Notes: generated by a model from the sequence alone, not told the origin. Positions 26,817-36,524 are shown, counted from the stretch's first letter. The stretch is DNA of 50,789 bases from an uncultured Oscillospiraceae bacterium (GCA_944385775.1 CALWYM010000094.1:1-50789), one strand, 5' to 3'. Made by a program: numbers and translations.

Positions 26817-27731
26817 TTATTTAAGACCGGCAATCGTGCTCTTAAGTGCTTCGGCACTGGCTTTGAGCTTCTCAACTTCCTCATCAGTGAGAGGCAGCAT
26901 AAGCTTTCCGCTTATACCGTTTCTACCCACAAAATTAAGGGTTGAAAGGCACACGTCAGAAATACCGTATTCACCATTCATCATAGCGGAAACAGGAATT
27001 GCCACGCCGGCATTATTGAGAATGCTCTTGCAGATGTAAGCTGTGGTATCTGCCACCGCATAGAAAGTTGCGCCCTTTCTTGAGATAACAACGGATCCGG
27101 ACTTCTTTACAAAATCAGTAATCTCTTCCTTGTCAATATCGGGAGCAAACTGGGCAAGAGGAACGCCTGCGATGTTCGCTGTGCTCCACGGAATAAACGA
27201 CGAGTCACCATGCTCGCCAAAAACATGAGCATGAACATTCTGCTGGCTTACACCAAGGTCTGTGGAAAGACGTGCGCGAAGACGTGATGTATCAAGCAGT
27301 GTTCCGGAGCCGATAACATGGCTCTCAGGAAGACCGGAATACTTGCAGAATGTATAGGTTATAACGTCTACCGGGTTGCCGACAATAACATAAATTGCGT
27401 TGGGGGCATACTTTGTAATCTCTGGAATAATCTGATTTTTGGTAACATCAAAGTTTACCTGCGCGAGGTCAAGTCTTGTCTGACCGGGCTTACGACCGAT
27501 TCCGGAAGAAATGATTACAATGTCAGAGTCTGCTGCATCGGGATACTCACCTGCTACAACCTTGCAGTCAAAGGTGTAGGGAGTGCCCTGATAAACATCC
27601 ATTGCCTCGCCGAGAGCTTTCTCCTCATTAATGTCAATGAGAACAATCTCCGTAGCGATATGCTGGGTAACGAGAGTGTGAGCAACTGCTGCACCGACAT
27701 TACCTGCACCAATAATCGATATTTTACTCAT
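26817..27731 (-). CDS. mdh: LDH-like malate dehydrogenase (Arg at the substrate-discriminating position)
   Basis: IIGAGNVGAA, SGIGRKPGQTRLDL and FGEHGDS. The start is ATG 27731, 8 nt after GGAGGG. The ORF-track ATG at 27746 is part of that RBS. Confidence 0.8.
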   Translation of the reverse strand: MSKISIIGAGNVGAAVAHTLVTQHIATEIVLIDINEEKALGEAMDVYQGTPYTFDCKVVAGEYPDAADSDIVIISSGIGRKPGQTRLDLAQVNFDVTKNQIIPEITKYAPNAIYVIVGNPVDVITYTFCKYSGLPESHVIGSGTLLDTSRLRARLSTDLGVSQQNVHAHVFGEHGDSSFIPWSTANIAGVPLAQFAPDIDKEEITDFVKKSGSVVISRKGATFYAVADTTAYICKSILNNAGVAIPVSAMMNGEYGISDVCLSTLNFVGRNGISGKLMLPLTDEEVEKLKASAEALKSTIAGLK

Positions 27732-27915
27732 TGTGATACCCTCCATTTAATGAAATTTAGTTTGTTTTGCGACTTAATTGACTTTACCCGGCAGGTCTTC
27801 GGCTTACGCCACTATCCTACCATATGCCCGGCTCTTTGTCGATGTTAAAAAATTAGCAGGACAGGTGATGAATTACACCTCATCTTACCGCATTCTTTTC
27901 ACCAGGCTCATTATA

Positions 27916-27944
27916 ATTCTAACAACTTGTTAATTAATTGTCAA
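27916..27944 (-). promoter_or_regulatory. Near-consensus sigma-A promoter with an overlapping Rex-like inverted repeat
   Basis: The minus strand reads TTGACA (27939-27944), a 17-nt spacer, then TAGAAT (27916-27921). The plus strand at 27927-27944 reads TTGTTAATTAATTGTCAA. Confidence 0.55.
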
Positions 27945-28072
27945 TTATTTATTTGCACAAACTATACCCCATTATTTTAGGTATGCTTTGTATGCTTGTG
28001 GGTAGACGCGTTTAACTAATACATATTTTTAATCATTTTTCTAAATTAAATTTTATATCTAATTTACCAAAA

Positions 28073-28108
28073 GCAAAAAACCGCCGCAGGCACAAAAACC
28101 TGCGGCGG
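28073..28108 (-). terminator. Terminator after glgA
   Basis: CCGCCGCAGG (28081-28090) pairs with CCTGCGGCGG (28099-28108). TTTTTTGCTTTT follows on the minus strand. Confidence 0.85.
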
Positions 28109-28117
28109 CGACATTTT

Positions 28118-29584
28118 TTATTGTTTGTCTGCCGGGCAAAGTTTTTCATAAATCTCCAAATACTTTGAAGCAGCTCTGTTCCAGCTGAAGTCCTCGCTCA
28201 TAGCGTTTTCCATAAGCCTGCGCCAGCGGACAGGCTCATTATTGTACACATCGAGAGCATACTCGATAGCATGAAGCATCTCATGGGCGTTTATATTAGC
28301 AAAGCTGAAGCCTGTTCCCGCCCCTGTATATTCATTATATGGTATAACGCTGTCCTTAAGACCGCCCGTCTCTCTGACAATGGGGAGACTTCCATATCCC
28401 ATGGCTATCATCTGGGAAAGACCGCAGGGCTCAAATACGCTTGGCATAAGGAACATATCACTGCCCGCGTACAGTCTGTGGCTCAGTGCCTCGTCAAACA
28501 TTATGCAGGACCTCATTTTTTCCGGGTATTTCCACTCATAATACCTGAGCATATCCTCATACTTCTGATCGCCTGTGCCAAGCACAATAAACTGAATAGG
28601 CTTTTTCAGAATATCGTCAATCACCCGGTCTACCAAATCCATGCCTTTCTGGGCGGTAAGCCTGCCTACCATAGCCATTACAGGAATATCCGGGTCAATC
28701 TCAAGCCCCATCTCGCGCTGGATAGCCTCCTTACAGACTTCCTTACCCGTTAAATTCAGCCTGGAATATGGTTTTTCAATAAGCTTATCTGTCTCACAGT
28801 TATATACCTCAGTGTCAATACCATTCATAATACCGTAAAGCACACTGCTTCTTCTGCGGAAAATATCGTCCATATTTTCTCCAAAGAAAGGTCTCTGTAT
28901 CTCCTGAGCGTAGGTTTCGCTTACCGTGGTAAGAATGTCACTGTAACACAGCGCGCCCTTCATAAAGTTTATTGAATGATCGTCAACTCTAAGCTGATCC
29001 TCTGCATTTTTTATGCCATACAGTCCGAGAATGTCTCCCAGCACCATATCGCTCATCTGTCCCTGAAATTTAAGGTTATGAACGGTAAAAACTGTCTTGA
29101 CCTGCTCATATAGCGGATCGTCATTGTGGTAAAACTCCCGGAGGAAAACTGTTGATAGAGCGGTATGCCAGTCATTACAGTGGAGAATATCGCATTTAAA
29201 GTCTGGGAGATATTTCAGCGACTCGCATATTGCCTTGGAGAAATACGCTATCCTCTCTCCGTCATCAAAATATCCGTATGCCCTGTCCCTGCCAAAGTAA
29301 TACTCATTATCCACAAAATAATAGGTCACACCCCGATGGACAAGGGTCTCAATGCCCACATACAGATTACGCCAGCCCAGCGGAACAAAGAAGTTCGTCA
29401 CATGAGTAAGCTGCTCCTTATATTTTTCAGGCATTGTTTTGAACTTTGGTATCATGACCCTGATTTCGCAACCCGCTTTTTTCAGTGCCTGGGGCAACGA
29501 ACCTGCCACATCACCCAAACCGCCTGTCTTCATAAACGGCGCCGCCTCAAAGGCCGCAAAAAGAACATTTAATTTTCTTTTCAT
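28118..29584 (-). CDS. glgA: Glycogen synthase (ADP-glucose type)
   Basis: N-terminal FEAAPFMKTGGLGDVAGSLP motif. Length 488 aa. RBS AAGGGAGGG. Confidence 0.95.
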   Translation of the reverse strand: MKRKLNVLFAAFEAAPFMKTGGLGDVAGSLPQALKKAGCEIRVMIPKFKTMPEKYKEQLTHVTNFFVPLGWRNLYVGIETLVHRGVTYYFVDNEYYFGRDRAYGYFDDGERIAYFSKAICESLKYLPDFKCDILHCNDWHTALSTVFLREFYHNDDPLYEQVKTVFTVHNLKFQGQMSDMVLGDILGLYGIKNAEDQLRVDDHSINFMKGALCYSDILTTVSETYAQEIQRPFFGENMDDIFRRRSSVLYGIMNGIDTEVYNCETDKLIEKPYSRLNLTGKEVCKEAIQREMGLEIDPDIPVMAMVGRLTAQKGMDLVDRVIDDILKKPIQFIVLGTGDQKYEDMLRYYEWKYPEKMRSCIMFDEALSHRLYAGSDMFLMPSVFEPCGLSQMIAMGYGSLPIVRETGGLKDSVIPYNEYTGAGTGFSFANINAHEMLHAIEYALDVYNNEPVRWRRLMENAMSEDFSWNRAASKYLEIYEKLCPADKQ

Positions 29585-29683
29585 CGTTTTCCCTCCCTTT
29601 CCGACAAAGCTGACCTGTAATTTTTCTTATAAAGCCTGATTTTCCGGGGGACATACAAATCCCCCGGTAAAATAAGTACATTC

Positions 29684-30778
29684 TCAGCTGCCGAGCTTCT
29701 CCTGAACATAGGCGGAATCGGCAGTTCCCTTTATAACCGTACCTGCTGTTATAACGTTGGAGCGGTCGATTATGGCATTTTCTATAACCGCGTCCTCTTC
29801 AATAACACAAGCCTGCATTATAATGCTGTTCTTAATATGCGCGCCCTTCTTAACCATGACACCACGGAAAAGGATACTGTCCTGTACATTGCCTTCAATG
29901 ACACACCCTGCAGGAATAAGAGCATTATTTACCTTTGCACTGGCAGTGTACTTTGCCGGCGGAGCGTCCTGAATCTTTGTCCTTATCAAATCACCCATGG
30001 TAAAGAGCTCATTGAAATTTAAAGGATTAAGCAGCTCCATGCTGTACCTGAAATACTCACTTACAGTGGCGATACTGCGGACATAGCCCTCAAACTTGTA
30101 AAGACGCACGTCCATCTTGTCAAAATCCTCTTCCAGAACCTCAAAAAAGTCAAGGTAATCAATGGCCTTGTACCACTCAATAATCTTAAGCAGCAGGCTG
30201 CGGCTTATAATGAATGTATCCGCAAAAGCCTCCTGTCCTTCATTGACGCCCCTTGTAACGCCCTTGACTGTGCCGTTTTCAACCTTAATCCCGGTAAGAT
30301 TCTGGTTGTTCTCCGTAGCAACCGAGTAAGCGAGGGTAATATCCGCACCGCTTGCAATATGGCTTTCTACCATATCTGCGTAATCCACATTGCAGATAGT
30401 ATTAGCGCAGGTAATTATAATATATGGTGCCGGGGAACGGTTAAAGTAAATAACGTTCTGGCTTATATCCCTGAGAAGAAACTTGCTCTCGGCATTTTTA
30501 ATTCCGTAAATTGAACCGGGCAGGATAAAAAGTCCTCCGCTCCTGCGGTCCAGTGACCAGTCGCCGCCTGCACCCAGATGGTCAATAATGGAGCGGTATT
30601 TATAGGGCGTAATTATTCCCACAGTAGTAATGCCGGAATTTATCATATTTGAAAGGGGGAAATCTATAAGACGGTATCTGCTGCCGAAAGGAAGGGAGGC
30701 CACAGTTCTCTCCTGGGTCAGCTCACCCAGCCTTGGAGTATCATAATTTGCCGATATAAGACCAATTACTCTGTCCAT
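29684..30778 (-). CDS. glgD: Glucose-1-phosphate adenylyltransferase regulatory subunit GlgD
   Basis: LPFGSRYRLIDFPLSNMINSGI without the GlgC GGxGxRL loop. The start overlaps the glgC stop (TAATG). Confidence 0.9.
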   Translation of the reverse strand: MDRVIGLISANYDTPRLGELTQERTVASLPFGSRYRLIDFPLSNMINSGITTVGIITPYKYRSIIDHLGAGGDWSLDRRSGGLFILPGSIYGIKNAESKFLLRDISQNVIYFNRSPAPYIIITCANTICNVDYADMVESHIASGADITLAYSVATENNQNLTGIKVENGTVKGVTRGVNEGQEAFADTFIISRSLLLKIIEWYKAIDYLDFFEVLEEDFDKMDVRLYKFEGYVRSIATVSEYFRYSMELLNPLNFNELFTMGDLIRTKIQDAPPAKYTASAKVNNALIPAGCVIEGNVQDSILFRGVMVKKGAHIKNSIIMQACVIEEDAVIENAIIDRSNVITAGTVIKGTADSAYVQEKLGS

Positions 30779-31944
30779 TAATCTCCACCTCCTACTATGC
30801 TTACAAGAACATTGTCATTTCCAGGCATTACCGCTATCTCGGAATCCGGGTCCTCACAGCCGAACTCGGAATCGGCTGTAACCACAGCGTTTTCTCCGAT
30901 AATCGCCCTTACCACTCTGGCTCCCTTAAGAATCCTGGCTCCCGGCAGGATAATGGAATCTTTAACATACGCGCCCTTGCTTATATAACTGTCAACGCTG
31001 ATTATGGAATGTATGGCTGTGCCGAAAATTCTGGCTCCGTTGCCAACAATACATCTCTCGACGCTGCCAGTAGGTCCGATAATCTGCGGCGGGTGAATGT
31101 TGGAGTTTGACATCATCGGGAAATTTTCCGAATACAGGTCAAACAGCGGCTCGTCCTCTAAAAGGGCCATATCCGTCTCATAATAACTATCGATTGTACC
31201 TATATCCTTCCAGACTCCGCTGAACTCATAGCAGTACAACCTGTTTCCCTCGTCAAGAAGCTTTGGAATAATATTCTTACCGAAATCGTGCTCACTCTCC
31301 GGGTCCTCACTGTCCTCAATTAGAGCTTTTTTAAGAAGGTCCTTATTGAATATGTAAATACCCATTGAGGCCAAATTGGAATCTGGCTCCTTTGGTTTTT
31401 CAGTAAATTTACGGATTCTTCCGTCTCCGTCTGCCGTAATAATACCAAATCTTGATGCGTCCTCCCAGTCTACCCTCATAACGGAAACACTGACCTCCGC
31501 TCCCTTTTCCTTATGGTTCCGGAGCATTTTTCGGTAATCCATTCTGTAAAGCTGGTCGCCGGAGAGGATAAGCACATATTCGGAATCGTACATATCCATA
31601 AAGCTTATATTCTGATAAATAGCATCTGCGGTGCCTCTGTACCACTCAGCACCGGACTCGGTAGCATAGGGTGGAAGAATAAAGACTCCTCCGTCACTAC
31701 TGTCAAGATCCCATGCTCTTCCGGTACCTATATAGGCATTCAGGATAAGAGGCTTATACTGGGTCAAAACGCCTACCGTATCAATGTGCGAGTTGGAGCA
31801 GTTGGAGAGCGGAAAATCAATTATTCTATATTTTCCTCCAAAGGAGACAGCCGGTTTTGCAACATTTTTTGTAAGTGCCTTAAGCCTGCTGCCCTGCCCT
31901 CCAGCAAGCAGCATAGCTATGCATTCTTTCTTCTTTCTCAACAC
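30778..31944 (-). CDS. glgC: Glucose-1-phosphate adenylyltransferase
   Basis: [14 protein letters not shown] and [14 protein letters not shown]. The probable start is GTG 31944, 7 nt after AAGAGGG. The ORF-track TTG at 31962 is the upper bound. Confidence 0.93.
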   Translation of the reverse strand: MLRKKKECIAMLLAGGQGSRLKALTKNVAKPAVSFGGKYRIIDFPLSNCSNSHIDTVGVLTQYKPLILNAYIGTGRAWDLDSSDGGVFILPPYATESGAEWYRGTADAIYQNISFMDMYDSEYVLILSGDQLYRMDYRKMLRNHKEKGAEVSVSVMRVDWEDASRFGIITADGDGRIRKFTEKPKEPDSNLASMGIYIFNKDLLKKALIEDSEDPESEHDFGKNIIPKLLDEGNRLYCYEFSGVWKDIGTIDSYYETDMALLEDEPLFDLYSENFPMMSNSNIHPPQIIGPTGSVERCIVGNGARIFGTAIHSIISVDSYISKGAYVKDSIILPGARILKGARVVRAIIGENAVVTADSEFGCEDPDSEIAVMPGNDNVLVSIVGGGD

Positions 31945-32112
31945 ATTTACACCCTCTTTCAAGATTTAGAACATACGCCCCCATGTAAAGGTTGTCCCCA
32001 TACAGGAGCTTTAAAAGCGAGAGTTTCTCCACCTCTCAACGCCTCCCGGAGCTGTTTGCTCCGGGGACGATTTAAGACATTTATAAAACGGCTTTTATCC
32101 TAAAAGTCGGGA

Positions 32113-34527
32113 TTACAGATGCCATATTTCCTCTGCGTACTGCCTTATGGTCCTGTCCGAGGAGAAATATCCACTCTTGGCGGTATTGTGAAGCGCTATC
32201 TGGTTCCAGCGTGTTCTGTCGGCATAGAGCGCCTCCAGATTATGCCACGCCTGAATGTAAGAGGCAAAATCCTTGAGGACGAAGAACTCGTCATTGTTAC
32301 GCATAAGCGCATCGTAAATTCCGTTAAAGTTGCCTGACAGCTGACCGAAAGTGCCGTCCACCAGCTCATCAACCACTCTCTTTATATCGGGATTACGGTT
32401 GTACTCATCCCATGAGTAGTACTGTCCCGTGCGCTTCAATTCCTCGATTTCCTGGGCACGGAGACCGAAAATTTCAATATTTTCATCTCCCACACGCTCT
32501 GCCATTTCAACAGTAGCTCCGTCCAAAGTGCCGAGAGTAATGGCTCCGTTCATCATAAACTTCATGTTGCCTGTTCCCGACGCCTCCATGCCGGCAGTGG
32601 AAATCTGCTCGCTTATCTCGCTGGCAGGGTAAATATACTGAGCATTGGATACAGAGAAGTTAGGTACAAAAGCAACCTTTATTCTGTCTCTCACTCTGGG
32701 GTCGTTATTAACCACGTTGGCTACGCTGTTTACAAGCCTTATGGTATCTTTCGCAAACTCATATCCCTGAGCAGCCTTGCCGGAGAAGATAAAGGTCGAT
32801 GGTCTTACCGGGTAATTGGGGTCTGCAACGATATGGTTATACAGGTCCATAATCTTAAAACAGTTGAGAAGCTGCCTTTTATATGCGTGGAATCGTTTTA
32901 CCTGAACGTCAAATATCGATGAGGTATCCACCACAACTCCGCTGGTATCCTTAATATACCTTGCAAGACGATTCTTGTTTTCCTTCTTGCTATTTTCCAT
33001 CTGCTCAAGGAATGACGGGTCATTTTTATACTCAAGAAGCTTTTCAAACTCATCAGGTTCAGTCATCCACTTATCACCAATAGCTGAAGTAATGAGCTTT
33101 GTATAGCTTGGGTTTGCCTGGCACAGGAATCTACGATGAGTGATACCGTTTGTCTTATTACTGAATTTTTCAGGAGCAAGAGTATAGAAATCAGCCAGAA
33201 GATCCTGCTTTAGAATTTCAGTATGAAGGGCAGCCACACCGTTTACTGCGTGTCCCGCAATAACGGACAAATTTGCCATTCTCACCTGACCGTCCCACAA
33301 AATGGCGGTATTTTTCAGCATCTCCTGCCAGTTTCCAAAATTTCTCGGGAAAGACTCTCTGTACCTGCGGTCAATTTCCTCGATAAAATCGTAAACCCTG
33401 GGGAGAATTCTTCTGAACATATCTATTGGCCATTTTTCAAGAGCCTCCGGGAGAATTGTATGGTTAGTATAGCTTACAGTATTTACGGCAATATCCCACG
33501 CCTGGTCCCATGTAAGCCCCTCGTTATCTACCAGAACCCTCATAAGCTCCGGGGCACAGAGAGATGGGTGAGTGTCGTTAGTCTGTATTGCAACTCTGCT
33601 GGCAAACCCGCTCCAGTCGCTGCCGTAATCCTTTTTATATCCGTCAACAATATTGGCTATACCTGCGGCAACAAACATATACTCTTGCTTAAGCCGGAGA
33701 ATTTTTCCCGGATCCGCGTTATCATTTGGATAAAGGACGCTTGTAATCGCCTCCACATCGGAACGGAATTTCATGGCAGCACTGTAATCGCCACGGTTAA
33801 AGGCGTCCATATCGAATTTTTCCTCATATGGCTCTGCGCTCCACAATCTGAGGATATTTACCTGTTTTCCGCCGTAGCCAACAACAGGAACATCATAAGG
33901 AACAGCAAGAATCTTATCTGTATTGTCCCATGTAAACCAGTATTTTCCGTTTTCATAATGACGGTTTACATATCCACCGAAATTTACAACAACCGCATTC
34001 TGAGGTTTTTGTACCTCCCAGGGGTAACCGTTAGCAAGCCAGTTATCCGGGTACTCAACCTGGCAGCCATTTTCAATTTCCTGATGGAACAGACCATAGT
34101 GATACCTTATTCCGTTGCCATAGCCCGAATATCCCAGGCTTGCGAGAGAATCTATAAAGCACGCCGCAAGACGACCGAGACCGCCGTTTCCGAGTCCAGG
34201 GTCAGCCTCCTGTTGGGCAAGGGTGTCCAAACTCTCTCCCAGATCCGCCAGCCCCTCCCTTACAATATCGGTTATGCCGAAATTCATCAGATAATTTTCA
34301 AGAAGCCTGCCAAGAAGAAATTCCATGGAGAAATAGAAAACCTTCTTGTTTCCCTCTACAGCGTCTTTTCTTGAACACTCCGTCTCAATTGTACGGGCAT
34401 GAGCCGCAATGACCTTTACAAGGATTGTATAACGCTCAACTGCGTTGGAATCCTCAAAGTCACGACCAAGCTCCTGCATAAAGGTCGTGCGGTACTCCTT
34501 AATAAATTCCTCTTTGTTTGCAAACAT
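32113..34527 (-). CDS. glgP: Glycogen/maltodextrin phosphorylase
   Basis: PLP-lysine region EASGTGNMKFMMNGA and GLGNGGLGRLAACF. Length 804 aa. Confidence 0.96.
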   Translation of the reverse strand: MFANKEEFIKEYRTTFMQELGRDFEDSNAVERYTILVKVIAAHARTIETECSRKDAVEGNKKVFYFSMEFLLGRLLENYLMNFGITDIVREGLADLGESLDTLAQQEADPGLGNGGLGRLAACFIDSLASLGYSGYGNGIRYHYGLFHQEIENGCQVEYPDNWLANGYPWEVQKPQNAVVVNFGGYVNRHYENGKYWFTWDNTDKILAVPYDVPVVGYGGKQVNILRLWSAEPYEEKFDMDAFNRGDYSAAMKFRSDVEAITSVLYPNDNADPGKILRLKQEYMFVAAGIANIVDGYKKDYGSDWSGFASRVAIQTNDTHPSLCAPELMRVLVDNEGLTWDQAWDIAVNTVSYTNHTILPEALEKWPIDMFRRILPRVYDFIEEIDRRYRESFPRNFGNWQEMLKNTAILWDGQVRMANLSVIAGHAVNGVAALHTEILKQDLLADFYTLAPEKFSNKTNGITHRRFLCQANPSYTKLITSAIGDKWMTEPDEFEKLLEYKNDPSFLEQMENSKKENKNRLARYIKDTSGVVVDTSSIFDVQVKRFHAYKRQLLNCFKIMDLYNHIVADPNYPVRPSTFIFSGKAAQGYEFAKDTIRLVNSVANVVNNDPRVRDRIKVAFVPNFSVSNAQYIYPASEISEQISTAGMEASGTGNMKFMMNGAITLGTLDGATVEMAERVGDENIEIFGLRAQEIEELKRTGQYYSWDEYNRNPDIKRVVDELVDGTFGQLSGNFNGIYDALMRNNDEFFVLKDFASYIQAWHNLEALYADRTRWNQIALHNTAKSGYFSSDRTIRQYAEEIWHL

Positions 34528-34595
34528 TACTAACTCTCCTACTAATTTAAAATGTTTATATTAAGCGAGCAGTGCCAAAAGACCAAACCGGCAAA

Positions 34596-36524
34596 TCAGT
34601 TTTCCGAGGACCCGGTTTTCATCTCTTCAAGTTCTTTCCTTCCCACTCTCTTGAATATAACTCCGCCTATGGGCGGCACATTAATCGTAATGGAATTTTG
34701 CTGACCGTGATAGGGCTCAGCGTCACTTTGTATTGGGGTTTCGTTCATATGGAGTCCGCTTCCTCCGTAGAGAACGGAATCGGAATTAAATATTTCCTTA
34801 TATACTCCCTTTGCAGGCACACCTACCCTGTAATCCGTATATGTCTCCGGGCAGAAGTTAATCAGTACCACAAGCTCGTCTTTTTTCAGCTTGCCTTTAC
34901 GGATAAAACAGATTATCGACTGCTCGTTATTATTGGCGTCAAGCCACTCGTAGCCTGACCAGTCATAGCTGTGCTGCCACAGCGCCTTTTCAGACTTATA
35001 CAGCCTGTTCAGCTCCTTTATATACTGGAGGTGCTTTCTGTGAGTATCATACTCCTCTGTAAGGAACCACTGAAGTCCCTCATAATATCGCCACTCAATA
35101 AACTGAGCAAACTCGTTGCCCATAAAATTAAGCTTTCCTCCCGAGTGTGTCATCTGGTAAAGAGCCAGAAGCCGCATACCGGCAAACTGGCGCCAATAAT
35201 CCCCCGGCATTCTCCCTATAAGAGAGCATTTGCCGTGAACCACTTCGTCATGGCTCAATGCCATAATGAAGTTCTCGTTAAAAGCGTACATCATGGAGAA
35301 CGTAAGAAGGTTATGGGCTCCCTTTCGGTATGGGAAGTCCGTCTGCATATACCTCAGTGTATCGTTCATCCAGCCCATATCCCATTTATAGTTAAAGCCC
35401 AGTCCACCGTCAGACGGCGGATATGTTACGAGAGGCCATGCCGTACTCTCCTCAGCCATCAGCATAACATCTGGATATCTTTCGCCAATGAGCTGGTTTG
35501 TCTCCCTTAAAAAGTTTATACCTTCAAAATTCTCCTCAGTACCCTTTTCATTAAATTTTTTAAGTTTCGGGTCATCTATCCCAAAATTAAGGTAGAGAAT
35601 ACTTGTAACGCCGTCTACCCTTATTCCGTCCGCATGGTACATCTCAATCCAGTACATGGCGTTTGAAACAAGGAAGCTTCTGACCTCTCCCTTGCCGTGG
35701 TCAAACTTATATGTTCCCCACTGGGCATGGTCTTCCTTCTCGTAAACCTTTTGTCCCGTAAAGGCACCCAGACCGTGGGCGTCCCGGCAGAAATGTCCCG
35801 GTACCCAGTCAAGTATTATGCCCAGATTGTTTTTGTGGCACGCCTCCACAAAATGCATAAACTCTTTCGGAGAGCCGTAACGGGAGGTTGGCGCATAGTA
35901 ACCCGTACACTGATAACCCCAGGAACCGTCAAAGGGGTGTTCCATTATGGGCAGCAGCTCAAGGTGTGTGTAACCCATATCCACCGCGTAAGGTATAAGC
36001 GTCTCCTCAAGCTCCCCGTATGTATAAAAGGAGCCGTCCTCATGTCGTTTCCACGAGCCCAAATGTACCTCATATATGTTAAGAGGGCGCTCAGAATGGC
36101 GGTACCTGCGCCTTGCCGCCATCCAGCGACCATCCTTCCACGGATAGCCATAGATGTCCGCCACCCGGGAATTGGTCTCCGGCGGCTTTTCAGCATAGAA
36201 AGCACAGGGATCTGCCTTATAAATGAGCTCCCCAGTCTCCGTCTCTATAACGTATTTGTAACTGTCCCCCTCCTTAACGCCGGGGACAAAAATCTGCCAT
36301 ATATCAGTTTTTTTATCCTGTTCCATATAGGAACATTCGGTATCCCATTGGTTAAACGAACCTACAACCCTGACACTTTTTGCTCCGGGTGCCCAGACCG
36401 CGAAACGACAACCCCAGCCGCCGTCTCCCTCCATCAGGTGCGCTCCCAGTTTGTCATAATATTTAAGCCATGTACCCTCGGAAAAAAGAAATTTCTCCTC
36501 ATTGGTAAGCAGAATCTGTTCCAT
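34596..36524 (-). CDS. glgB: 1,4-alpha-glucan branching enzyme
   Basis: GH13 motifs (DWVPGHF, GIRVDGV, MAEEST, ALSHDEV). I place the start at ATG 36524 (MEQILLTNEEKFLFSEGTW...). The ORF-track start is 36578. Confidence 0.93.
   Translation of the reverse strand: MEQILLTNEEKFLFSEGTWLKYYDKLGAHLMEGDGGWGCRFAVWAPGAKSVRVVGSFNQWDTECSYMEQDKKTDIWQIFVPGVKEGDSYKYVIETETGELIYKADPCAFYAEKPPETNSRVADIYGYPWKDGRWMAARRRYRHSERPLNIYEVHLGSWKRHEDGSFYTYGELEETLIPYAVDMGYTHLELLPIMEHPFDGSWGYQCTGYYAPTSRYGSPKEFMHFVEACHKNNLGIILDWVPGHFCRDAHGLGAFTGQKVYEKEDHAQWGTYKFDHGKGEVRSFLVSNAMYWIEMYHADGIRVDGVTSILYLNFGIDDPKLKKFNEKGTEENFEGINFLRETNQLIGERYPDVMLMAEESTAWPLVTYPPSDGGLGFNYKWDMGWMNDTLRYMQTDFPYRKGAHNLLTFSMMYAFNENFIMALSHDEVVHGKCSLIGRMPGDYWRQFAGMRLLALYQMTHSGGKLNFMGNEFAQFIEWRYYEGLQWFLTEEYDTHRKHLQYIKELNRLYKSEKALWQHSYDWSGYEWLDANNNEQSIICFIRKGKLKKDELVVLINFCPETYTDYRVGVPAKGVYKEIFNSDSVLYGGSGLHMNETPIQSDAEPYHGQQNSITINVPPIGGVIFKRVGRKELEEMKTGSSEN

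Noticed and set aside
27840-27890. A possible attenuator or riboswitch terminator in the mdh leader, consisting of a T6 run preceded by AGGTG...CACCT.
   Set aside because: The stem is only 5 bp with mismatched flanks. No known riboswitch core sequence was recognised. I kept it only as a low-interest 'long leader' note.
28118-36524. The glycogen operon as something unusual, given its glgB-glgP-glgC-glgD-glgA order and the non-ATG glgC start.
   Set aside because: All five genes are canonical Firmicute glycogen metabolism. The gene order differs from the B. subtilis glgBCDAP order only by the placement of glgP. This is ordinary housekeeping content.
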